Assembly (NCBI GenBank): GCA_963815115.1
Contig: CAWFFN010000009.1
Span: forward strand, 1,184,001 to 1,248,000
Length of the DNA: 64,000 nt
Source: an uncultured delta proteobacterium
Lineage (GTDB): Bacteria; Desulfobacterota; Binatia; DP-6
Direction of reading: 5' to 3'
Numbering within the stretch: position 1 is the first letter of the stretch; every line of letters begins with the position of its first letter. The notes below the pieces were generated by a model that made no database searches, was not told the origin of the DNA, and saw nothing but the letters and a program-made list of their open reading frames with translations. Positions 1 through 10,120 of this stretch are shown piece by piece. Position numbers and translations under genes: made by a program.

Positions 1-212
1 AGGTAGTTGCCGGAGAACGCGATCACGTCCGGCGCCCATTCGTGGAGCACCCGGAAGTAGTCGGCATGCGATTCGACCTGGAGGTCGATCAGGCGGACGG
101 AATGCCCGGCGTCGCGTGCGGCGGCCGCCACGAGCTCGAGACCCACCGGCTCCAGGCGCAGGAAGATCTTCGAGTACATGAGACAGCTCGGATGAACCGC
201 GAGGAACCGCAT
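1..212 (-). CDS. hpnR: Hopanoid C-3 methylase (B12-binding radical SAM), N-terminal part; runs off the window
   Basis: Manual translation (not in ORF track): MRFLAVHPSCLMYSKIFLRLEPVGLELVAAAARDAGHSVRLIDLQVESHADYFRVLHEWAPDVIAFSGNYL, resembling the HpnR N-terminus. Confidence 0.8.
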   Translation of the reverse strand, partial: MRFLAVHPSCLMYSKIFLRLEPVGLELVAAAARDAGHSVRLIDLQVESHADYFRVLHEWAPDVIAFSGNY

Positions 213-313
213 TGCTTCCCCCCCTGCGCCCGTCGTGAGTGGCGTCCGCTCTTACGTCAGCCGACCACCCATTGCCATCGCGGGTCGGGGAACGGGGGGC
301 GGCCGCCCGCGCC

Positions 314-628
314 TCAGTCACACCAGACTGACGCCTGGCCGTAGCAGCGATTCATCATGTTGCCGTAGCCGTCCTGCATCCATTGCCAGCTGCAGGAGCC
401 TCGCTGGGCGCCGGCACCGACGAACGGGCTCGGCACGCCGCCCGAATTTGCGCACGCCTGCTCGCTCCAGTACGACGCGATCGCGATGGCGGAATTGCAG
501 CAATCCCGCTTGCTGGCGTACACCCAGCCGGTGTCGCCCCAACCCGGGTACTCGGTCGCTCCGGCATGGCAGGCGAGGGCGAGCAGGAGGACGATGGCGA
601 GGGTCGTCGCGTGCCGGGCGCGCTGCAT
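314..628 (-). CDS. Small secreted Cys/Trp-rich hypothetical protein
   Basis: Signal peptide; 6 Cys in the mature part; 104 aa. Confidence 0.7.
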   Translation of the reverse strand: MQRARHATTLAIVLLLALACHAGATEYPGWGDTGWVYASKRDCCNSAIAIASYWSEQACANSGGVPSPFVGAGAQRGSCSWQWMQDGYGNMMNRCYGQASVWCD

Positions 629-651
629 GCGTGGGGCCGGAGCGTAGCAGA

Positions 652-1368
652 ATGATGGCGACCGTGGCCATGATGGCGCATGCCCGCCGAAGTGGGGGAG
701 GTCGGGAGGTGAGGAGGTGGGCGGCCGCGCTGCTGGTCCTCCTCGCCGCGGGCTGTGCGCACCGCCGTCCCGCGCCGCCGGCGGAGATGTCGGGGTTTCT
801 GGACGACTACAGCCTCCTGCGCGAAGGCGGCACGAACGAGCTGGGGCTCGTGTATCGCAACCCCAAGGCCGACTGGCATGCGTACAACAGCGTGCTGCTC
901 GAGCCGGTGACGCTCTGGCGCAGCGGCCGCAAGTCGCTCGAGCCGGTGCCCCAGGAGGATCTCCTCCGCCTCGTCACCGACTTCCAGAGCGCGGTGCGGA
1001 CGCGGCTGGGCGAGGACTTCCGGTTCGTCGACCAGCCAGGGCCAGGGGTGATGCGGATGCGCCTGGCGATCACCGCCGCGCGGGCCGCCGACCCGGTGCT
1101 GGACGTGCTCACGGCGTCGCGCGGCACGGGTCGTCCCCACCCGGCGGGCAGCGGCGCCCTCGACCCCGAGACGCGGCGGTTCCTCGAATCGGCCGCCATC
1201 GAGGGAGAGATCCGCGACGCCCAGACGAACGTCCTGCTGGCCGAGGGCGTCCACCGCCGCCGCCCCGACGCGCCGGCGTTCGAGACCTGGGCGGACGTCG
1301 ACCGCGCGTTCGCTTTCTGGGCCGACCGGGTCTCCGCGCGGCTCGAGAAGCGCACCGGCGCGCGTTGA
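652..1368 (+). CDS. DUF3313-family lipoprotein (start approximate)
   Basis: Lipobox LAAGC; SGFLDDYSLL and 'R.AIT...EGEIRDAQT' motifs. Confidence 0.75.
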   Translation: MMATVAMMAHARRSGGGREVRRWAAALLVLLAAGCAHRRPAPPAEMSGFLDDYSLLREGGTNELGLVYRNPKADWHAYNSVLLEPVTLWRSGRKSLEPVPQEDLLRLVTDFQSAVRTRLGEDFRFVDQPGPGVMRMRLAITAARAADPVLDVLTASRGTGRPHPAGSGALDPETRRFLESAAIEGEIRDAQTNVLLAEGVHRRRPDAPAFETWADVDRAFAFWADRVSARLEKRTGAR

Positions 1369-1467
1369 GCGGGCGCGATCGCGCTCGTCGACAGACGGAG
1401 GGGAGTTTGACTATAAGGCGCCCTCGAGGGCGACTGCGGCTCCCAGCCGCGGCGAAGGAGGGAAGGC

Positions 1468-1764
1468 ATGCGACGGTCGACGCTGTGGGCATTGGGGGTG
1501 CTTCTCGTCGGGCTGATTGCGATCGGTGCGGTGCCGCACGGCGCGCTGGCCGCCGAGCCGGGCCTGAACCGGATCACCCAGGTCCAGCCCGGGATGACGA
1601 TGCTTCAGGTGCTGCAGACCCTCGGACCGCCGAGCGACATCGTCGGGCACACCTTCTACTACAAGGATCTCGGGAAGGTGATCTTCGCCTCCAAGGCCAG
1701 CCCCCTCGACAGCACCAAGGTCGAGAAGATCGAGCCGAGCCTCATCCAGAATCCGGTGCCCTGA
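1468..1764 (+). CDS. Small secreted protein, SmpA/BamE-like motif
   Basis: Signal peptide; VQPGMTMLQVLQTLGPP motif; GGAGG RBS. Confidence 0.6.
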   Translation: MRRSTLWALGVLLVGLIAIGAVPHGALAAEPGLNRITQVQPGMTMLQVLQTLGPPSDIVGHTFYYKDLGKVIFASKASPLDSTKVEKIEPSLIQNPVP

Positions 1765-2007
1765 GCGAGCGGCCGGGAGGCGAGCCGGGGCGTCGGTGCG
1801 GGGGCGTAAGGGTCGCCGTCTCCGCTCAGGGTCCTCGCCCCATGCGCGCCAACGAGTTCGGCGCGCCGCATCGGGGAGTCGCGGGCGCGCGCAAGAGGCT
1901 GCGGATTCGCTCTGACGACGACCCCACGCCCATTGTGCCATCGGGGGCGGCTGCGACTACGCTGGCGCGCAGCCAGCTACATCTCGTACGCCTCGCGGAT
2001 CTCCCTC

Positions 2008-2217
2008 ATCCAGGGCGAGACGCGACCCGGGAAGGCGACCGTGACCCTCGAGCGCGGTGGAGCCACCGTCGTAATCCGGGGAGTGCCCGCGCGGGTCTGC
2101 GACAACTGCGGCGAGGAGTATCTCGACGAGACGACGACGGCGGAACTGCTCAAGACCGCCGACGCCGCGGCGCAGGCTGGCGTGCAGGTGGATGTGCGCG
2201 ACTACGTCGCGGCGTAG
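2008..2217 (+). pseudogene. YgiT-type zinc finger / MqsA-family antitoxin, 5'-truncated
   Basis: GETRPGKATVTLERGGATVVIRGVPARVCDNCGEEYLDE is present; the first CxxC and a proper start are missing. Confidence 0.7.
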
Positions 2218-2266
2218 GCGGCTGCTGATTCCGATGAAGCTGAGGGTTCAATCCGAAGTAAGTCAA

Positions 2267-2940
2267 TCACCCGACGCTCCGCGTGCGGTGGCCTGAGACG
2301 GCCATGGCCTCGTGGGCTGGCGTCCCGGCGTTCACGAGGTTCGTCACCGCGGAGTGCCGGGTGTTGTGGAACACATAGCCGCCTGCTTGCGGCCGATGGG
2401 AAACCCGGCCTTCTCGCACGCGGTCTCCCACGCGCGCTTGAAGTCGCCGAGGCAGCCGTACTCCTTCGACGGCTTGGCACGGGCCCGCACCGCGGTCCGT
2501 GGAAGACGTGCGGGCAGTGCGGACGGCGCCCGTGCTCGAAGCGGTCTGGATGATGTCGAGGGGACGTCCCGCGAGCGGCAGGACATGCGGCTCGTTCTGC
2601 TTGGTGTCGGTGGCCTGCCAGGTGAGCACCCAGCCCTCGGCGTCCAGGTGCGTCCAGGTGGTGCGGGCAAGCTGCTGCTTCCGGGTGCCGAAGAGGTAGG
2701 CGAACTCGAAGAACTCGCGCAGCTCGGTGGTCGGGAGGTGCCTGTGGATCGCTTCGAAGACGTCGCCCGTGAGGTAGCGGGCGCAGGGACTCGCCTCCCG
2801 CAGGAAGAGGTCGGTGAAGTCGAGGCGGGCGGGATCGAGTCGCAGCTTGCCGAGCCGATAGCCCCTGCGAAGGATTGCCAGACGACGGTTGACGGTGGCC
2901 GGGCTGGTGCCTCCGTGCTGCCCGCCCTGCGTGAGGGCAG
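2267..2940 (-). pseudogene. Tyrosine integrase relic
   Basis: SPATVNRRLAILRRGY, DFKRAWETAC and FHNTRHSAVTNL...SGHRTRSV lie in different frames; truncated before the catalytic Tyr and at the N-terminus. Confidence 0.85.
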
Positions 2941-3230
2941 ATAGGCGCGATGAAGTGCCGATGAAGGGCCTTTTTCCGCGAAGGCTTACCGAACACCCCA
3001 ACTCGGACGTTGACACCGCGCCGAGCCTACTGCCTTGTCTCGACGGACGCCTTGCTCCGACTGAGCTGAACGCTACCCGCAGGGCCGGCAGTCGGGCAAT
3101 TGCCGGACTTGTACAATCCGGGATGGGGAGCACCCTCCCGCGCATCTTGCTGCTTTCTATGACGTTGCGCTATGAACCCCGACTCAGTCACGTCCCGTGA
3201 TGCACGGGAGCGATGCAGAGGAGGAAGACC

Positions 3231-3641
3231 ATGAACAAGGCCGAGCGCTCGACAATGTATTGCGAATACCTCAAGCGGGAAGGATACCGCCCGATCGTTG
3301 ATGAGGAGGGCGATGTCATGTTCAAGCACGAAGGGCGCACATTCTTTCTTCTTATCGACAATGAGGATGACATCTACTTCCGCCTGGTGCTTCCAGGGAT
3401 CTTCTCGTGTGACAAAGAGGAAGATCGCCCCGGAGTCGAGCACGCCTGCATGATGGCGACGGCCAAGACCAAAGTCGCCGCAGCGTACCTGCAGGACACT
3501 CAGGTGTGGGTGTCTGCCGAACTGTTGATTTCCCCGCCCACGGCGTTCGAGAATGTCTTCCAGCGTTCCCTGGGCATCGTTGACGCCGGGGCAAGAAACT
3601 TTGCTGACGCGTTCCGGGAGTGGCTGGCTAACCACGTGTAG
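3231..3641 (+). CDS. YbjN-like (T3SS-chaperone-fold) protein
   Basis: YLKREGYRPIVDEEGDVMFKHEG motif; 136 aa; GAGGA RBS. Confidence 0.7.
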   Translation: MNKAERSTMYCEYLKREGYRPIVDEEGDVMFKHEGRTFFLLIDNEDDIYFRLVLPGIFSCDKEEDRPGVEHACMMATAKTKVAAAYLQDTQVWVSAELLISPPTAFENVFQRSLGIVDAGARNFADAFREWLANHV

Positions 3642-3673
3642 CTTGCGCGTACGTACCACCACAGCCCGTTCTG

Positions 3674-6600
3674 ATGAAAGAGATACCGAGCAGTGGTGAT
3701 GTCTTCATCAGCTATTCCAGCGCCAACCAGGCGCAGGTGGATCAGATCACTGCCGCCCTGCGTAGCGAAGGATTGACGTACTGGCTAGCGCCGGAGAGCA
3801 TCGCGGCCGGTGACATATGGCCACAAGAGATCGTCGCGGGCATCCGAGGTTCACGCCTTGCGCTTCTCGTTGTGTCCGACGAGTTCTGCGCTTCCCGCCA
3901 TACGCCACGGGAGGTCACCCTTGCTGACAACTACCAGCTTCCACTGCTTCCGATTCGCCTGTCTAGTACCAATCTGCCGCAATGGCTCCAGTACTACCTG
4001 TGTAACTGCCACTGGGTCGACGCTTCAGGGTGCGATCTCCAGCAATGTCTGCCAGCCCTCGCCAACGCCGCACGCAGCTATGTGCGAACGCTCCGCGCGA
4101 CGCGTCGAACGACGCCTCCGATCCCGGACGGCTGCGTGTCTGCAGAGAGCCTCGGTGTTCGGCCACGTGGCCCGCTGCTACGGCTTGTGACGGGGGACCT
4201 TCCAGCTGCCTTGGTTTCCTCGGATAGTCCGAGTGTCCTCTTGATGCCCCACAACGAGTTCATCCCGCTCCTGGGTAGGGAGACGGAGGTGCACGACTTC
4301 ACGGTTCGCTTGAAGGACGCCGGGAGTTTCCGCTGGTGGGCGCTTCTCGGGGAAGCGGGAATGGGGAAGACGCGGTTGGCCCGCGAGTTCATTGGACACG
4401 CCATCAAGATGCACTGGCACGCGGGGTTCCTGGGGATCGAAGACCTTCACAGCTTCGTATCGCATCCGGAATTCCAAGCCTGGCGGCCTTACGTGCCAAC
4501 CCTGATCGTCGTCGACTATGCCGCGGGACATGCACTCAATCTCAAGCGTCTCACATCACACCTGACCGCTCTCGAATCGGAGCACATCGATGGAGTTGAC
4601 GCGAAGGTTCGGCTTCTCCTGATCGAGCGCCACGGAAGCACCGAAGCTGGTTGGCTGCGAGATCTCCTGCAGAGCCCACAAGGCGTCGAACGAGAGCTAT
4701 TCTCTCGCACCTGCCATCTCGATGACCTGGAGCTCCGCCCCCCCTCGCTGGATGGACGGAGCGTAGCGGATGCTCCTGAGACGAGCAGGGAAATCATCCT
4801 GGCAACCTTCAAGTCATGGGCCCGGAGATACGGGCGCCCCGCACCGGACCTCCCAGACCTAAGTAGCCGCGACTGGCTGATGATTCAGTCAAATACGTTG
4901 AACCGACCCCTCTATCTGCAGATGGCCGCGATCAGTGCCTGCGAGGCGATGTCTGCCGAAGATCTTCCCACCTGGGGAAGGGGAAAATGTCTTAGGGATG
5001 CCATCAACCGTGAGCGAACATACATCGGCCAAGCTTGCCGAAACGCCGAGGAACGCGATGCGATCGAACGAATCGCTGGCATCTTGTGCGTAACGGGGAT
5101 GGGGGCGTCGGGGCGTGCGGATTGGATGCGGGAGGTGGCGGACGAGCTAGCAGCGTTGGGCGTAGGGGTAACCGCGTATAGCGAAGAGACGCGACGAAGA
5201 ACGATCTTTCGGAAGCCGGAAGCGACGTCCGAGGAGGCCACTAGTCTCATCCAGCCGGACATTCTGGGCGAAGGCTTCGCAGCAACCGTCCTACCGACCG
5301 AATCGGACAACCCTCCGGTCGGTGCTCTACGGCGGGCGGTCGCGATCGGCGGTCTTTCTGCCTGGGGCAATCTCATCCGTATGGTACAGGACCTCCACGG
5401 CATCGAAGTCAGCGACGAGTCCGGGAGCCGCCGACTCTTATTCAAGGGAATTGAAGACTGGCTACTCCCCTTGCTGGAGTATGCCCCCCCAGAACATCTG
5501 CGCCGTATCCTGGCCCTCTTGCCAGAGCGTTCCGCGTCGCTCAACCCCGTGGGAATCCGCGCAGCGGAACTTCTACTGGGCAACATCGACAGCGACTCCC
5601 GATGGGAACGCGCTGAGTGTCTGCTCGCCCTTGGAATGCACCGCGTTTGGGGGGGGAAGGGCAACGCGCGATCCACGAAGGCCGCGGAAGGCGAGCTTCG
5701 CGAGGCAACTACATTGCTCGCCAGTGCGCAGGTCTCCGGCGAAACGGCCGAGTCCCACCTCCAAGGGGCACGCGCTCACCGGCTTCTTGGGATGGTGCTC
5801 TCGGATCAGAATGACACCACCGGTGCAATTCGCGAATCCACCTTGGCTGGCTTCCGCGCCCTCGGCGAGATCGTAGAGCCTGCACGCATGGAAGCTGATG
5901 TCCGAAGGCTGCTCGACGCTCAGCCACCGGACCTACCGGCCCTCGCGGTAGAGTTTGCCAACGCCCTCAACAATCTTTCGATCGACCTCCGCTTCAGCGG
6001 CCGATATGGTTTGGCGATTCGCTGCGCTCGCGCCGCAGTGTCGACTGGCGAGATCCTGGTTGCCGCTGGGCACCGGGGCTATCTCCCATACCTCGGTAGA
6101 TACGCAAACAACCTCGCGATCGCCCACGAGCTTCGGAGAGAGCCAACCGATGCGCTGGAGGCTGCCCGGCAAGCGGTTCAGCTTGCGCTGAACGAGACCC
6201 GCCCGGATCAATTCAGGTCCCTTGGGCTCTGCCTGGATCATCTCTTTACATTGGAAAAGGCAGAGCGCACTTGGTCAGCCGCTCATCTAACCGCCTCGCG
6301 CGCCGTCCGTGTGTACAAGGAACTGTTCCAGCGAGCCCCAGAGCAGTACAGCGCTTCTTTGATCCGCGCACAACGAAGACTTGCACAAGCGCAACGCAAC
6401 GCGAGCGTTGATGGTCTCGGTCAAGACTTGGATGCGGAGACCGATGCCCTTCTAGAAGCGGAACTCCACTCGGGTCGCATCTCTGTTGCGGAGGCCGCCG
6501 CTTCGTGGAGACAACCCGCGTTTCCCCGCGAGGTATCCGATCCCCACGCATTGGGTGTAATAGAGCATGGGAAGGCAATGGAGTTCGGCGATGCGGGGGA

Positions 6601-7042
6601 ACGGGAGCACGCCGCAGAAGCTGCACGGCTTGCCGTCCTTCATTTCAGAGAAGCCGCGGCGCCGACGGCTCTTTCACGGGATCCCTACCGATGGGCCTGC
6701 AGGCACTGCGACCTCGCTAGCGCACTGGTACTGATGGGCGACTTTGGGCGAGATCAGGCGGCCTTGCACCAGGCCATCCAGCTCGCGGACCACCTCCTTT
6801 CCCAATTCAACCGACAACAGGAAAACGTGGCGTTTGTCGTAGGAGCCACCCTGGACAACCTCGGCCACGCACAGTTCCGACTCGGGACCATGACCGGAGA
6901 TGCCGCGCTTGTCCGCAAAGGCGTTGCCACTCTTCGCGAAGGCGTCGCACATCTCCGAGCGCACGGCTTCGAGAGCGCAGCCGATTCGACAAACAGGCTC
7001 GTGCGATCCGCCGAGACTGCATTGGATGAAATGGAAGCATAG
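3674..7042 (+). CDS. TIR domain - STAND P-loop NTPase - TPR protein (NLR-like)
   Basis: TIR: DVFISYS...REV; Walker A GEAGMGKT; Walker B LIVVDYA; TPR-like ANALNNLS, YANNLA, ATLDNLG. Confidence 0.85.
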   Translation: MKEIPSSGDVFISYSSANQAQVDQITAALRSEGLTYWLAPESIAAGDIWPQEIVAGIRGSRLALLVVSDEFCASRHTPREVTLADNYQLPLLPIRLSSTNLPQWLQYYLCNCHWVDASGCDLQQCLPALANAARSYVRTLRATRRTTPPIPDGCVSAESLGVRPRGPLLRLVTGDLPAALVSSDSPSVLLMPHNEFIPLLGRETEVHDFTVRLKDAGSFRWWALLGEAGMGKTRLAREFIGHAIKMHWHAGFLGIEDLHSFVSHPEFQAWRPYVPTLIVVDYAAGHALNLKRLTSHLTALESEHIDGVDAKVRLLLIERHGSTEAGWLRDLLQSPQGVERELFSRTCHLDDLELRPPSLDGRSVADAPETSREIILATFKSWARRYGRPAPDLPDLSSRDWLMIQSNTLNRPLYLQMAAISACEAMSAEDLPTWGRGKCLRDAINRERTYIGQACRNAEERDAIERIAGILCVTGMGASGRADWMREVADELAALGVGVTAYSEETRRRTIFRKPEATSEEATSLIQPDILGEGFAATVLPTESDNPPVGALRRAVAIGGLSAWGNLIRMVQDLHGIEVSDESGSRRLLFKGIEDWLLPLLEYAPPEHLRRILALLPERSASLNPVGIRAAELLLGNIDSDSRWERAECLLALGMHRVWGGKGNARSTKAAEGELREATTLLASAQVSGETAESHLQGARAHRLLGMVLSDQNDTTGAIRESTLAGFRALGEIVEPARMEADVRRLLDAQPPDLPALAVEFANALNNLSIDLRFSGRYGLAIRCARAAVSTGEILVAAGHRGYLPYLGRYANNLAIAHELRREPTDALEAARQAVQLALNETRPDQFRSLGLCLDHLFTLEKAERTWSAAHLTASRAVRVYKELFQRAPEQYSASLIRAQRRLAQAQRNASVDGLGQDLDAETDALLEAELHSGRISVAEAAASWRQPAFPREVSDPHALGVIEHGKAMEFGDAGEREHAAEAARLAVLHFREAAAPTALSRDPYRWACRHCDLASALVLMGDFGRDQAALHQAIQLADHLLSQFNRQQENVAFVVGATLDNLGHAQFRLGTMTGDAALVRKGVATLREGVAHLRAHGFESAADSTNRLVRSAETALDEMEA

Positions 7043-7140
7043 GCATTTCGCCGCTGTCGCGACCTGGACTCGCGCTCTCTGGGCTGTCATCCTCGGGCGG
7101 CGCTGGACAACGACGGCGAAACGTCGCAGCGTGTCGTCCG

Positions 7141-7752
7141 ATGCGAGCGGCGTTGCCGGGTCTCGTGGTGGTCGTGTGCGTGCTCGGAGCGACGGCGTGC
7201 GGGCTCATGGGCGGCACGTCGACGTGCCCCGGGCCGCGGCAGTTCTACCTCACCAAGTCGCCGGTCCAGGGCAATCAGGTGCTCACCTCCTGCGCCGCCG
7301 GGTTCCACATGGCATCGCGCTTCGAGATCGCGAACCTCTCCGGCGTCGTCTACGACTCGAAGCGCGGCGCCAGCAGCGCCGACTCGGGATCCGGACCGCC
7401 GAGCGCGGCGGCAACCTACTCGTCGTCCGGGCCCTCGGGGTGGATCCGCACCGGGGGCGATGCCCGCTACACCCGGCCCGCGGACGCGGCCGGGTCGGGA
7501 TCGGCCAACTGCGCGGTGTGGACGAGCAGCAGCCACGACGCCTACGGAACGGTGGCGACCCTGAAGGACCGGTTCGCGACCGACGCCGGCGCGCCCGCCC
7601 TGTGGGACGGCCGCGACGAGCCCTGCGACGTACCGCATCCGGTGTGGTGCGTCGGCGACTTCCCCGCCACCGCAAGCGAGCCGGAGCGGCGTCAGGGATG
7701 GGGTCACCGCCGCCACGGAGAAAGTGCCGGGCTCGTGCCCGGCGGCGGGTGA
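7141..7752 (+). CDS. Secreted/lipoprotein with Cys-rich, C-type-lectin/DUF1554-like domain
   Basis: Lipobox-like GATAC; GWIRTG, NCAVWTS, CDVPHPVWCV. Confidence 0.55.
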   Translation: MRAALPGLVVVVCVLGATACGLMGGTSTCPGPRQFYLTKSPVQGNQVLTSCAAGFHMASRFEIANLSGVVYDSKRGASSADSGSGPPSAAATYSSSGPSGWIRTGGDARYTRPADAAGSGSANCAVWTSSSHDAYGTVATLKDRFATDAGAPALWDGRDEPCDVPHPVWCVGDFPATASEPERRQGWGHRRHGESAGLVPGGG

Positions 7753-7811
7753 GCCGTGGCCCCCCGGCGCCAGAATTCCCGCCGCCCGTCGTGCGTCTAA
7801 CCGTGAACCCG

Positions 7812-9029
7812 ATGCTCGACGACGCCTCCCGCTCCCTCCTGCTGTGCGCGCTGCTCGCGATGGTCGGACCGCCCCCCGCCACCGCGGCCGATCCGGCCGC
7901 CGCGGTGGCGAGCGACGGGAACGCCTTCGCATTCGATCTCTACGCCCGGCTCCGCTCCGCGCAGCCCGGCAACCTCTTCTTCTCGCCGCAGAGCATCTCG
8001 ACCGCGCTTGCCATGACGTACGACGGGGCACGCGGCGACACGGCCACCGAGATGGCGCGCACGCTGCACTTCTCCCTGCCCCAGGACCAGCTTCCGGCGG
8101 CGTACGCGGCGCTCCTTGCCAAGCTGCAGGGGCCCGGCGGCGAACGCCCCTACCGCCTGTCCGTGGCCAACCGGCTCTGGGGACAGCGCGGGACCACGTT
8201 CCTGGAGCCCTTCCTGACGACGACCCGGAAGTACTACGGCGCCGAGCTCGGCCTGGTCGACTTCATGAAGGACGCGGAGTCGGCGCGCGCCGAGATCAAC
8301 GGCTGGGTGCGCAAGCAGACCGCCGACAAGATCGGCGACCTGATCCCGCCCGGTGTGCTGGGTCCCGCCACGCGCCTGGTCCTCGCGAACGCGATCTACT
8401 TCCAGGGCACCTGGGCGCGGCAGTTCGCCAAGAGCGCCACGCACGACCAGCCGTTCCACGCCGCCGCCGACCGGACGGTGACCGTGCCGCTGATGTTCGG
8501 GAAGGTCCGGGCGGGCTACGCCGCCCACGCCGACGCCGGGCTGAAGGTGCTCGAGCTGCCCTACCGGGGCGACGACCTGACGATGCTGATCCTCCTGCCC
8601 GATGCGCCCGACGGGCTGCCGGCGCTCGAGGGCCGGCTCACGGCCGAGGCCGTCGGCGGATGGACCGGCGGCCTCGCCCGGAAGGACGTCCTGGTCTATC
8701 TGCCGCGCTTCTCCGTCGAATCGCGCTTCGCGCTCGCGCCGACCCTCGGCGCCATGGGCATGCCGCTCGCGTTCTCCGACACCGCGGATTTCTCGGGGAT
8801 GAACGGCCAGCGCGACCTGTCCGTCTCGGCGGTGGTGCACAAGGCCCGGGTCGACGTCGACGAGGAGGGCACCGTGGCGGCCGCCGCCACCGGCACGGTC
8901 ATGGCGCTGACCGCGGCTCGCGAGGAGCCACCGGTGTTTCGCGCCGACCACCCCTTCGTCTTCCTCATCCGGCACAACCCGACCGGCGCGATCCTCTTCC
9001 TCGGTCGCGTGGTCGATCCGAAGAGCTGA
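7812..9029 (+). CDS. Serpin (secreted serine protease inhibitor)
   Basis: NLFFSPQSI, NAIYFQGTW, hinge EEGTVAAAAT, FRADHPFVFLI. Confidence 0.95.
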   Translation: MLDDASRSLLLCALLAMVGPPPATAADPAAAVASDGNAFAFDLYARLRSAQPGNLFFSPQSISTALAMTYDGARGDTATEMARTLHFSLPQDQLPAAYAALLAKLQGPGGERPYRLSVANRLWGQRGTTFLEPFLTTTRKYYGAELGLVDFMKDAESARAEINGWVRKQTADKIGDLIPPGVLGPATRLVLANAIYFQGTWARQFAKSATHDQPFHAAADRTVTVPLMFGKVRAGYAAHADAGLKVLELPYRGDDLTMLILLPDAPDGLPALEGRLTAEAVGGWTGGLARKDVLVYLPRFSVESRFALAPTLGAMGMPLAFSDTADFSGMNGQRDLSVSAVVHKARVDVDEEGTVAAAATGTVMALTAAREEPPVFRADHPFVFLIRHNPTGAILFLGRVVDPKS

Positions 9030-9158
9030 CCGCCACCGGAGATCCACCCGAGCTCGAGAAGGAGCCCGGGCCGATCCGCGCATGGGAGCAGTGGCGCGGA
9101 ATGGCAAGACGAGCCGGCGCTTGAGATGCAATACCGAGGCAGCGTAGAGGGAGCGACC

Positions 9159-9602
9159 ATGCACTCCGGCACGCGTGCACTCATCCTGTTGGCCATCCTC
9201 GGGCTGCCGATTGCGCTTCGGGCGCAGACCTTCACGGGCGGCACCAAGCCCTATGTTCTCCAGGGTAAGCTCGCGAAGGATCAGAGCGCAGCCCAGCAAT
9301 CTGGTTGGTTCCCGGTCTCGATCGGCATCGCGGACCATCCCGACACGCCGGTGCGATGGGTTGGCCTCTCGTCGTTCATGCCGTGGGACGACGACCCCTT
9401 CGAGGGTCGCGAGGTGATGCGCAGGCTGCTGCCCGACCAGCCGACGCTGCTGGTGAGCGGGCCGCCGGGGCTCCTGTCGCAGCTCAAGAACGCTCCCGTC
9501 GGCAACAAGGTGGTCCTGCGGGGCATGCTCGTCCCCGAGTCGCGAAACTTCATGCTCTCCGGCGTGCAGGTCATGCCGGCGGGCACGAAGATGCCGAAGT
9601 GA
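9159..9602 (+). CDS. Secreted hypothetical protein (paralog 1)
   Basis: Signal peptide; similar to the next gene. Confidence 0.75.
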   Translation: MHSGTRALILLAILGLPIALRAQTFTGGTKPYVLQGKLAKDQSAAQQSGWFPVSIGIADHPDTPVRWVGLSSFMPWDDDPFEGREVMRRLLPDQPTLLVSGPPGLLSQLKNAPVGNKVVLRGMLVPESRNFMLSGVQVMPAGTKMPK

Positions 9603-9613
9603 GAGGCGGGATC

Positions 9614-10069
9614 ATGCGCACACCCATCCACGTTGCCCGCCTCGCGTTCCTCGCCTTCCTCCTCCTGCTCCCGCTCACGCCCCGCGCCCAGGAGGTCCTC
9701 GACCAGGGCTCGCTGGTCTGGGGCATGAAGGGCACGCTCGTCGCGAACAAGCAGGCGGCGAACGACACCGGCTGGACGGGCGTCTCGCTCGGCTTCACGG
9801 GCCAGAACGACAACAAGGTTCGCTGGATGGGCGCCGTGCACGCGAGCATCTTCGGCGGCGACACCTTCGACGCCTGGTCGTACGTCAACAAGGTGTCGCA
9901 CTACGAACCCACCTTCCTGGTGGTCGGGCCTCCCGATCTCGCCAAGAAGCTGATGGCGCTACCGGATGGCAGCCGCGTCGCCCTGGAAGGCGTGCTCGAC
10001 CCCCGCTCTCGCAACCTCCTGCTCGATGCCGTCAAGCCGCTGCCGGCGCCGGCCGCCGCTGGCGGCTAG
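9614..10069 (+). CDS. Secreted hypothetical protein (paralog 2)
   Basis: Signal peptide; shares GW..VS.G, VRW.G, PT.LV.GPP, SRN..L with the previous gene. Confidence 0.75.
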   Translation: MRTPIHVARLAFLAFLLLLPLTPRAQEVLDQGSLVWGMKGTLVANKQAANDTGWTGVSLGFTGQNDNKVRWMGAVHASIFGGDTFDAWSYVNKVSHYEPTFLVVGPPDLAKKLMALPDGSRVALEGVLDPRSRNLLLDAVKPLPAPAAAGG

Positions 10070-10120
10070 AGACACCGGCGAGGCCTGGCTGCGGCCGGTC
10101 CTCGCGTCGTCGGGCGTCTG

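Noticed and set aside
2267-3145. Active integrase or second intact element
   Set aside because: Several frameshifts, truncated before the catalytic Tyr, and I found no att repeat pair.
6900-7811. N-terminal extension of the serpin
   Set aside because: Overlaps the real gene at 7141-7752; the serpin signal peptide starts near 7812.
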